The notes below the pieces were generated by a model. The model did not search any database and was not told the DNA's origin. It was given only the letters and a program-made list of their open reading frames with translations. The position numbers and the translations under genes are program-made. Below, piece by piece: positions 52,783-63,150 of a DNA stretch of 64,000 nucleotides. This DNA comes from Anaeramoeba ignava BMAN (taxonomy: Eukaryota > Protista > Anaeramoebae). How positions within the stretch are numbered: position 1 is the first letter of the stretch; every line of letters begins with the position of its first letter. Location of the stretch: contig JAPDFW010000146.1 in the NCBI GenBank assembly GCA_028826165.1, forward strand, positions 43,843 through 107,842, given 5' to 3'.

Positions 52783-53032
52783 TTTAAAAAAGAAAAAAAA
52801 TGAAAAAATGAAAAATGGAATTTTAATTTTGATTTTAATTTTAATTTTAATTTTAATTTTGATTTTAATTTTGATTTTGATTTTAATTTTAATTTTAATT
52901 TTAATTTTAATTTTAATTTTAATTTTAATTTTAATTTTAATTTTAATTTTAATTTTAATTTTGATTTTAATTTTGAATTTGATCTTGATTTTAATTTTAA
53001 TTTTAATTTTAATTTTGATTTTAATTTTGATT

Positions 53033-53358
53033 TTAATTTTGATTATTAAATTTGATAATTAATAAATCAAATAAATTTGGATTTGTTTGATTTAATTGAA
53101 AATAATCAATTCCAATTTGAATTTCATCAATAATTTCTTGTGTAATTTCAATTTCATCTTTAATTTGATTTGAATAAATCCAATATTCAAATATTTGAAA
53201 TGATTTATTACTTAATTCACTATAATCTGTAACTTTATTAGAAGTATCATTTGTTACAGATAAAAACATTCCTCGATATAATTCACTTCTCATTATTAAT
53301 ATTAATTTTGGAAATTTATATTGTTTTTCTTTTCTTTCAATAATAAAATCTTTTTCAT
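53033..53358 (-). pseudogene. 5'-truncated near-identical copy of the last BTB domain of the adjacent RCC1-BTB gene
   Basis: DFIIERKEKQYKFPKLILIMRSELYRGMF...NPNLFDLLI nearly identical to 51030-51335; no upstream coding frame or RCC1 part. Confidence 0.75.
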
Positions 53359-53359
53359 T

Positions 53360-53632
53360 AATTTATTTCAAAAATAAAATCAATATTATTAAATAATTAA
53401 ATTTAAAATCAATTCTATTTTATATATTTTATCAACATTTATTTATTTAAAATAATATAAAATTATTCCCAATAATTTAATAAAATTAATAAAATATTTT
53501 AATTAATTTATTTCAAAAATGAAATCAAGAATATTAAATAATTAGATTTGAAATTAATTCTAATTTATATATTTTATTAACATTTCTTTATTTAAAATAA
53601 TATAAAATTATTCCCAATAATTTAATAAAATT
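53360..53632. repeat. Diverged two-copy direct repeat, period about 145 bp
   Basis: ATTTATTTCAAAAAT...TATAAAATTATTCCCAATAATTTAATAAAATT occurs from about 53360 and again from about 53505. Confidence 0.7.
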
Positions 53633-53963
53633 GATAAGAAAATTGAAATATTTTATTAAAAATATAAATGGAATTAAAATAATTTTTAATAATAAATTAG
53701 AATTAATTTTTTTCCTAATTTATCTAATAATAAAGAATTTGAATTTAATTATTATTAATTTCTATTTTCTATTTTCTATTTTTGTTTATTATCAAAGAAC
53801 ACAATTTTTTCATTTCTTTTCCTAAATTTTTAATAATATTTTTAAATTAAATTGAATTGTTTAAAATTTGATTTGTTTCCTTATTTATTGATTTGAAGAA
53901 TTTAATTTGATTGAAGGTAAATGAAAATTGAATTAAATTTGAAAAAAAAATGAAAAATATTTT

Positions 53964-56900
53964 TTAAATGAAATAAGTTTCAAGTTCATCAACAACCCAT
54001 TTATTATAAGAACCAGCTAAATAACTTTGAGCTTCATTTGATTTATATTTAATTCCATTAGGTAGATTATAACAATTACCAAAATTTGAATAACCAGATT
54101 GTAAATTAGAATCTAACTCAATATCACCTATAAATATTTTAATAAGGATAAATAATTAATTTTAATAATAATTAATAATAATTTAATTTGAAATTAATTT
54201 TATTTTAAATTGAAATAATAATATTATTTATTATATTAATATTTTGGATTATTTATTAATTTAATTTTAATTATAATAATAAATATTTATTAAATATAAA
54301 TTATTTACCAACTATTTTAATAAAGATAAATAATTAATTTTAATAATAATTAATAATAATTTAATTTAAAATTAATTTTATTTTAAATTGAAATAATAAT
54401 ATTATTTATTATATTAATATTTTAGATTATTTATTAATTTAATTTTAATTATAATAATAATTATTTATTAAATATAAATTATTTACTCACTATTTTAATA
54501 AAGATAAATAATTAATTTTAATAATAATTAATAATAATTTATTTTAAAATTAATTTTATTTTAAATTTAAATAATAATATTATTTATTATATTAATATTT
54601 TGGATTATTTATTAATTTAATTTTAATTATAATAATAAAATATTTATTAAATATAAATTATTTACCAACTATTTTAATAAAGATAAATAATTAATTTTAA
54701 TAATAATTAATAATAATTTAATTTAAAATTAATTTTATTTTTAAATTGAAATAATAATATTATTTATTATATTAATATTTTGGATTATTTATTAATTTAA
54801 TTTTTAATTATAATAATAAATATTTATTAAATATAAATTATTTACAATCTATTTTAATAAAGATAAATAATTAATTTTAATAATAATTAATAATAATTTA
54901 ATTTAAAATTAATTTTATTTTAAATTTAAATAATAATATTATTTATTATATTAATATTTTGGATTATTTATTAATTTAATTTTAATTATAATAATAAATA
55001 TTTATTAAATATAAATTATTTACAATCTATTTCAATAAAAATAAATAATTAATTTTAATAATAATTAATAATAATTTAATTTAAAATTAATTTTATTTTT
55101 AAATTGAAATAATAATATTATTTATTATATTAATATTTTGGATTATTTATTAATTTAATTTTAATTATAATAATAAATATTTATTAAATATAAATTATTT
55201 ACAATCTATTTTAATAAATATAAATAATTAATTTTAATAATAATTAATAATAATTTAATTTAAAATTAATTTTATTTTAAATTGAAATAATAATATTATT
55301 TATTATATTAATATTTTAGATTATTTATTAATTTAATTTTAATTATAATAATAAATATTTATTAAATATAAATTATTTACTAGCTATTTTAATAAAGATA
55401 AATAATTAATTTTAATAATAATTAATAATAATTTAATTTAAAATTAATTTTAAATTGAAATAATAATATTATTTATTATATTAATATTTTGGATTATTTA
55501 TTAATTTAATTTTAATTATAATAATAAATATTTATTAAATATAAATTTATTTACTATCTATTTTAATAAAGATAAATAATTAATTTTAATAATAATTAAT
55601 AATAATTTAATTTAAAATTAATTTTATTTTAAATTTAAATAATAATATTATTTATTATATTAATATTTTGGATTATTTATTAATTTAATTTTAATTATAA
55701 TAATAAATATTTATTAAATATAAATTATTTATATTTACTTCCAAAAGTTGGACCATCATTTGAACCATAAAAAATTGCATATTTTTCTTCTCCTTGTTTA
55801 ATTGTAAACTTCTCTGGTTTTCTATTTCCTTTATCATTTCTTAATGAAAAAATAAATGCATTTGAATCTTTAATATATCCATAATCACCATAATCATAAC
55901 TCCATTTTGATTTATCATTTGTCCATCCAACTTGAGTAAAACCTCCAAAAATAAAATTATCTTTTGTTTTGATAATAACTAATGTTTTTCCTTTCCCATC
56001 AACTGCTTTATGCCAATTTTGAGAATCAAATCCATCTCTTTTTGCTGAAAACCCTTTTTTCATTTTAGAAAAAAAATCATTATCATTTATCCATTCTTGT
56101 AATTTCTTAACATATTCTTTATCTTTAATAATTTCTGAATCTGAAAATTGAGGTAAAATCTTCAATAATTTATTTTGATTTTGATTTTGATTTTCAATTT
56201 CTTTTTCAAATGATAATTTAATATTTTGGATTTCTTCATCTTTTTGTTTGAGAATCTTTTCTTTCTCTTCAATTTCTTTTTTGAGTTTCTCTTGAATCTC
56301 TTTATTTTCTTTTTCTTTCTTTTTATTTTCTTTCTCTTTCTTTTTATTTTCTTTCTCTTTCTTTTCAATTTCTTGTTTTTGATTTTGATTTTCAGATTCA
56401 AATGATTTAATTCTTTTATCTCTTCTTTTAATTTTCTTATCTTTTTCTTTGATTTTTGTTTGATTTTCTTGATCTTGAATTTCAAAAATAGTTCTTTCAA
56501 AATGAATTAAAAAAGAATTTGGAAGAAAAATATCAAATTGTTTTAATTTATCAAAATCTTGTTTTGAAATTGAATCTTTATCAAATAATGAAAAAAAAGA
56601 ATGAAATAATCTTTTCTTTGCATTCATTTTGTGTTTATATTTCCTTAATTTTTGATTTCTTTTTTTAATCCAATTATTTAAAAATTGAAAAAAATCAAAT
56701 TGAAAAATTTCTTTTTTTTCTTGTTTAAATTGAATAAATTTGATAATTTCTTCTTTAGTTAAATTGAATAAATTCTCATTATTTTGAATTTGGGAAAAAT
56801 TTTGATTTATTAATTCAAAACATTTTATTTCAATTTCATTTGAATTTAAATTTCGATTTTGGAATAAAAATTGGAAAAAATTTGAATAATTAATTGAATT

Positions 56901-57321
56901 TAAAATTTTTTTTTGAATAATTTCTTTCAATAAATTTAATTTAAAATAAATTGAAATTTCCAATAATTGGAGAAGATTTTCTTGATTCTCAAAAGAAATA
57001 TTTCCATAATAAATATAACTCAAAATTGATTCCATTTCTTTTTTATTAAATTGATTTAAAAAAATAGAAAGAGATTCTTGCCTTAATGACTCATTAAAAA
57101 GGAGATCTTGAAGATAAAATTGATTTATGAACTTTAATTTCAAAAGGATTTGATTTATTCTCAACAAAAATTGAAAAATCTTTAAATGAATTTCCATTTA
57201 AAAGGTTTGAATAATCTTTAATTAAATTTTTTGTTACTTTTTTTTCTAAATTTTTCATTTCATTTTCATTTTGATTTGCATTTGCATTTTCAATTTGGTT
57301 ATTATTATTATTATTATCCAT
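53964..57321 (-). CDS. BTB-BACK + coiled coil + TLDc domain protein; main exon 57321-55739 (frameshift near 57097), last exon 54127-53964, up to eight 3-nt micro-exons between
   Basis: BTB DFSIFV...IKVHKSILSSRSPF; TLDc GFSAKRDGFDSQNWHKAVDGKGKTLVIIKT...IFGGFT...DSNAFIFSL...GPTFG; last exon DIELDSNL...SNFGNCY...YLAGSYNKWVVDELETYFI-stop. Confidence 0.9.
54128..55738 (-). other. Tandem array of nine 171-181-bp GT...AG intron units separated by eight 3-nt spacers (candidate micro-exons)
   Basis: Each unit begins GTAAAT and ends ATAG on the minus strand. Spacers at 55555-57 (ATA), 55381-83 (CTA), 55203-05 (ATT), 55024-26 (ATT), 54846-48 (ATT), 54666-68 (TTG), 54487-89 (TGA), 54309-11 (TTG). Confidence 0.9.
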
Positions 57322-57731
57322 TTTGTTTTTTGTTTTTGTTTTTGTGTTTTTGTTTTTGTTTTTGTTTAAAAAAAAAAGGAAAAAAATGAAAAAAAAAATT
57401 TATAAAAAAAAATTTAAAAATAAAAAAAGTGGATTTTGAAAATAAATAAAAATATAAAAAATAAGAATAAATTTAAATTAATAATTAATTTAATTTTATT
57501 TTTAATTTATTATTTTAAATTAATTTATTAATAAATTATTATTATTTTTTATTAATTTTTATTATTAAAAAAAAAAGGAAAATTATTTTAATTTAATTTT
57601 TAATTTAATTTTTTTTTTGGAATTTAAAAATTATTAATAAATTTAAATTTTAAAACAAATTTCCAAATTAATATTAATTCAATTTAATTCAAAAAAAAGA
57701 TAAAATTTTAATTTCAAAAAAATCAATTTTC

Positions 57732-59450
57732 AAAATATTTTTAAATAATAAAATATTTAAATCTAAAACAATAAATTATTATTTTAATAATAAAATTAAA
57801 TATTAAATTATATTTTTAAATTAATTTATAAATTAAATATTAAATCAAACTTATTCTCATTTTTTATATTTATATGTTAAATATTTTAAATAATAAAATA
57901 TTTAAATCTAAAATATTAAATTATTATTTTAATAATAAAATTAAATATTAAATTATATTTTTAAATTAATTTATAAATTAAATATTAAATCAAATTTATT
58001 TTCATTTTTTATATTTATGTGTTAAATATTTTAAATAATAAAATATTTAAATCTAAAACAATAAATTATTATTTTAAACATAAAATTAAATATTAAATTA
58101 TATTTTTAAATTAATTTATAAATTAAATATTAAATTAAATCTATTCTTATTTTTTATATTTTATATGTTAAATATTTAAATAATAAAATATTTAAATCTA
58201 AAACATTAAATTATTATTTTAATAATAAAATTAAATATTAAATTATATTTTTAAATTAATTTATAAATTAAATATTAAATTAAATCTATTCTTATTTTTT
58301 ATATTTATATGTTAAATATTTAAATAATAAAATATTTAAATCTAAAACATTAAATTATTATTTTAATAATAAAACTAAATATTAAATTATATTTTTAAAT
58401 TAATTTATAAATTTAAATATTAAATTAAATTTATTTTCATTTTTTATATTTTATGTTTAATTTTTAAATAATAAAATATTTAAATCTAAAACAATAAATT
58501 ATTATTTTAATAATAAAATTAAATATTAAATTATATTTTTAAATTAATTTATAAATTAAATATTAAATTAAATCTATTCTTATTTTTTATATTTTTATGT
58601 TAAATATTTAAATAATAAAATATTTAAATCTAAAACAATAAATTATTATTTTAATAATAAATTAAATATTAAATTATATTTTTAAATTAATTTATAAATT
58701 AAATATTAAATTAAATCTATTCTTATTTTTTATATTTTATATGTTAAATATTTAAATAATAAAATATTTAAATCTAAAACAATAAATTATTATTTTAATA
58801 ATAAAATTAAATATTAAATTATATTTTTAAATTAATTTATAAATTAAATATTAAATTAAATCTATTTTCATTTTTTATATTTATGTGTTAAATATTTAAA
58901 TAATAAAATATTTAAATCTAAAACATAAATTATTATTTTAATAATAAAATTAAATATTAAATTATATTTTTAAATTAATTTATAAATTAAATATTAAATT
59001 AAATCTATTCTCATTTTTATATTTATGTGTTAAATATTTAAATAATAAAATATTTAAATCTAAAACAATAAATTATTATTTTAATAATAAAATTAAATAA
59101 TAAATTATATTTTTAAATTAATTTATAAATTAAATATTAAATTAAATCTATTTTCATTTTTTATATTTATGTGTTAAATATTTAAATAATAAAATATTTA
59201 AATCTAAAACATTAAATTATTATTTTAATAATAAAATTAAATATTAAATTATATTTTTAAATTAATTTATAAATTAAATATTAAATTAAATCTATTCTTA
59301 TTTTTTATATTTATATGTTAAATATTTAAATAATAAAATATTTAAATCTAAAACAATAAATTATTATTTTAATAATAAAATTAAATATTAAATTATATTT
59401 TTAAATTAATTTCTAAATTAAATATTAAATTAAATTAATTTTCATTTTTC
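57732..59450. repeat. Intergenic minisatellite, about 12 copies of a ~144-bp AT-rich unit
   Basis: Anchor TTTAAATCTAAAA recurs about every 144 bp from about 57760 to about 59350. Confidence 0.92.
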
Positions 59451-59489
59451 ATTTTTCATTTTTCAATTTTTTTTAAAAATAAAATAAAA

Positions 59490-61434
59490 ATGTTTGCATC
59501 ACTTCATGAAGTATTTGCACAATATATAAATCATAAAAATACAGCTGATGTAAGAATAATAATAACAGAAGAAAATCCAACAACAAAAACAACAACAACA
59601 ACAACACAATCACAAACAACAACAATATTATATGCACATAAATTTGTATTATCAACAGCAAGTCCACAATGGATGAATAAATTTTATAATCCAAATTGGA
59701 AAGATCCATCAAGTCCAAGACTTTTTACACTTAAATTCTCAGATATTGATGCAGATTCATTCCAAATTGTACTTGAATATATTTACACAAGAAAACCGAA
59801 TATTCAATCAAGAAATGTTGTAAAAGTGATGAGTTTTGCACAAAAATATCAAATGTTTGATCTTTTAAAAATGTGTGAATTATTTTTGAGTAGTAATTTA
59901 ACTCTTGAAAATTGTTTGGCTGCTTTTGAGTTTTCTTTGAAGAATTCGAACAAAGAAATTGAATATCAAGCCAAAGAATTTATTGAATTGAATTCATTAG
60001 AATTATTTGAAAAAGTTGCTTGTTTAGTTAGTTTGGAAGAATTGACTATTGTTGAAATATTAAAGCTCAAGCAAATTAGAGCATCTGAACTTTCTCTTTT
60101 TAATAGGCTTATGGAATGGGGTCAATGGCGTTGTTATTCACATAATTTGAAGGCTAATTTGTCTGATATGAAGGAAATGTTGAAAAATGTTCTTCCTTTT
60201 ATTAGAATTGAATTAATGGGATCTAAAGGAATTGAAACTTTAGAAGAAAGTGGATTGTATCCACAAGAAAAAATAGATCAAGCAAAGAGTCGGTTATTAC
60301 AAGAATTATTACAAAATCGTGAAAAGGATACGACTAAATTAAAGCCTATATCACAAGTAAAAACAATTTTGAATTTATTTAACAAATTTATTTAACAAAT
60401 TTAAAATGAATTTATTTAACAAATTTATTTAACAAATTTAAAATGAATTTATTTAACAAATTTATTTAACAAATTTATTTAACAAATTTAAAATGGATTT
60501 ATTTAACAAATTTAAAATGAATTTATTTAACAAATTTAAAATGAATTTAAAATGAATTTATTTAACAAATTTAAAATGAATTTATTTAACAAATTTAAAA
60601 TGAATTTATTTAACAAATTTAAAATGAATTTAAAATGAATTTAAAATGAATTTATTTAACAAATTTAAAATGAATTTATTTAACAAATTTATTTAACAAA
60701 TTTAAAATGAATTTATTTAACAAATTTAAAACAAATTTAAAATGAATTTAAAATGAATTTATTTATTTAAAATTTCATTTTAATAGATAAAGGTTTTATT
60801 AATTGCATCAGATGATAGTGCAAAATATAGAGAAGATGTAAAATTATCAATAACTTCAACAGGAATTAAAAATGTTGATATATTTGATGCAACAAAAGGA
60901 GTTCCACAATTACAACAACTTCAAAAATATGATGTAGTATTTGTATATTCAGCATCAATAAAATTTTTAAATGCAAAAAAAACAGGAGATGTTTTAGCAA
61001 AATATGTTGAATCAGGAAAAGGATTAGTTTTATGTTCAGATGAAGCACTTTTAAGAGGATCAGAAGGAGAAATACAAGGGAAAATAATTGATTATCTTCC
61101 AGTTGAAAAAGGAGATCATATTTGTGATGAAAAAACAGAACTTGGAGATATTAATTATACAAGACATGCAATTATGAATGGTGTAAATAGTTTTGATGGA
61201 GGTGCTGGTTCTCCTCATTGCAGTGGTGCTTGTACTAAAAGTGGGAAAGTTATTGCTTATTGGGATGATGGTGTTCCTTTGATTGTTGTTCATAGAAAAA
61301 TGGATAATTTTGGAAATATTGTTATTCTTAATTTTCAACCTCCTTCTGATAAAGTTGATGCTTATTATTGGGATTCTAAAACTGATGGTGCTAAAATTAT
61401 TGCTAATTCTGTTCAGTTTGCAGCTTCTAATTAA
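59490..61434 (+). CDS. BTB-BACK protein with C-terminal alpha/beta (class I GATase-like) domain; intron 60357-60786
   Basis: BTB ADVRI...LYAHKFVLSTASP...FQIVLEYIYT; BACK ASELSLFNRLMEWG; exon 2 IKVLLIASDD...YDVVFVYS...GDVLAKYVESGKGLV...IAYWDDGVPLI joins ORF 61174-61434. Confidence 0.85.
60370..60770. repeat. Intronic repeat built from AACAAATTT / AAAATGAATTT / ATTT modules
   Basis: Direct observation. Confidence 0.85.
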
Positions 61435-61522
61435 ATATTTTTTAATTAATTTTGTTCCACTTTTTTTAAATTAATTAAATTAAATTAAATAAGAAATTAC
61501 TTTGTTTTTTAAGTTAAATCTC

Positions 61523-61785
61523 TTTTGATTTTGATTTTGATTTTGATTTTGATTTTGATTTTGATTTTGATTTTGATTTTGATTTTGATTTTGATTTTGA
61601 TTTTGATTTTGATTTTGATTTTGATTTTGATTTTGATTTTGATTTTGATTTTGATTTTGATTTTGATTTTGATTTTGATTTTGATTTTGATTTTGATTTT
61701 GATTTTGATTTTGATTTTGATTTTGATTTTGATTTTGATTTTGATTTTGATTTTGATTTTTGATTTTGATTTTGATTTTTGATTT
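61523..61785. repeat. Nearly pure (GATTTT)n intergenic microsatellite
   Basis: Direct observation. Confidence 0.95.
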
Positions 61786-61834
61786 TGTTTTTTTGTTTTC
61801 ATTTTTTTTTTCATTTTTCAATTTTTGGTTTTAA

Positions 61835-62901
61835 ATGAGTTTAGCTGAAAAATTAAAAAAAGTTCAATTAAAACAAACAGAAACAAAAGATTCAAGTAAA
61901 CCAGATATTACAGCTAAAGAATATGATGAAAACGAAATCAAAATTTATCAAAATAAAGTTCTTGATATAAACATTGAAGAATGGTTAGATTTAATTCCAG
62001 AATTTACATTCAAAACTAAATTATTCCCATTAAAATATGAAGATGCAGAATTGTTTTTTCAAGCTTATGAATTAAAAATGAAGGAAAACAAAGAATTAAC
62101 AGAAAATATAAAAAATCAAATTGAAAAATTAGCAGAAAATTTACAAAAAGTAATCAATGAAATCAAACAAGATGATCCACAAGTTTTTGTTAAATCTTCA
62201 TCAAGAAGTGCAAAAGATACAGGTCCATATCAACAAAAATTCATCATGGAATATCAAGCAAAATTAAAAGCAAAAAAATTAAGAGATGATAATGATAAAA
62301 TGATTTCACTTCTTGAAGCTGGTTATGAAATGCTTAAAGTAAAAAGCGCAAAAGAATTACTTATGAATTGGGTTTTTCAGAAAGAATTTATCAAGACATG
62401 TTTATTGCAATCAAACACAAATCACGATTCAAGGAAAACTTCGTAATCAGAAAATGGGTTGATATGGATCCTGATATGGAATTTCGTGGTTTTGTTTCAA
62501 ATGGAAAATTAACTGCTTTATCTCAATATAATCATTTGTGTTTTTGGCCTCGTTTGGTTCAAATGAAAAGTTATCTTGAAAAAATCATTGTTGATTATTT
62601 TTATTCAAATATCCAAAAAAAATTGGAATCTAATTTTAAGAATTATATTATTGATTTTTGTGTTGTTGGTGAAAAATTGGATCAAATTTGGGTTATTGAA
62701 TTAAATCCTTTTCTTTCTACTACTGATGGTTGTTTATTTTCATGGGAAAATGAAAAATCTTTAATTGAAAATGGACCTTTTGAATTTAGAATCAACTCAA
62801 AAATTAGAAGTGGTGGAAAATCATTAATGCAAACTTCTTGGAGAGAAATTTTCGAAAAGTATTCAAATATTGATAATGAAGAAGATGAAAAAAAGAAATG
62901 A
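61835..62901 (+). CDS. Cdc123-like (R2K clade) ATP-grasp protein with N-terminal WH2/actobindin-like motif; 1-nt frameshift near 62375
   Basis: VFVKSSSRSAKD, SERIYQD, FVIRKW, MEFRGFVSNGKLTALSQY, YIIDF, IWVIELNPF, TDGCLFSW. Adding one T to GGTTTTTCAG fuses the two ORFs. Confidence 0.88.
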
Positions 62902-63125
62902 TCTTTTTTTTTTTTAAATCAAATCAAAAATTAGAAGTGGAGAGAAATTTTCGAAAAGTATTCAAATATTGATAATGAAGAAGATGAAAAAAAGAAATGA
63001 TCTTTTTTTTTTTTAAATCAAATCAAAAATTAGAAGTGGAGAGAAATTTTCGAAAAGTATTCAAATATTGATGATGAAGAAGATGAAAAAAAGAAATAAT
63101 CTTTTTTTTTGAATCAAATCAAAAT
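62839..63125 (+). repeat. Three tandem copies of a 99-bp unit containing the last ~20 codons, stop and 3' flank of the Cdc123-like gene
   Basis: GGAGAGAAATTTTCGAAAAGTATTCAAATATTGAT... at about 62840, 62939 and 63038. Confidence 0.92.
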
Positions 63126-63150
63126 GAAAGAGAGAAAAAATTCTTTTCAT

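Noticed and set aside
54487-54489. TGA spacer as a stop or selenocysteine codon
   Set aside because: The introns are phase 1, so the triplet is split as xTG + Axx and is never read as TGA.
54128-55738. CRISPR array interpretation of the repeat-spacer structure
   Set aside because: Repeats are about 176 bp and spacers 3 nt, the context is eukaryotic, and no cas genes are present. The units are bounded by spliceosomal GT/AG.
57732-59450. A second micro-exon/intron array
   Set aside because: The plus-strand unit has no AG, and the only minus-strand GT lies a few nt before an AG. There are no AG-N-GT junctions and the array is outside coding sequence.
3105-61821. Numerous ORFs of ILIL, KIKI, FDFD, LFYK, YIYI and NINI type
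   Set aside because: They are translations of stop-free microsatellites in introns or intergenic DNA, or antisense/alternate frames of NQ-rich genes.
6330-62380. Many frameshifts in otherwise intact genes (about 6340, 9620, 10760, 12485, 12910, 15040, 21775, 24060, 28650, 31367, 57097, 62375), suggesting programmed frameshifting or pseudogenes
   Set aside because: Those examined sit in homopolymers or short repeats, go in both directions and share no slippery or stop motif. Long-read indel errors are the simpler explanation; short-read polishing would settle it.
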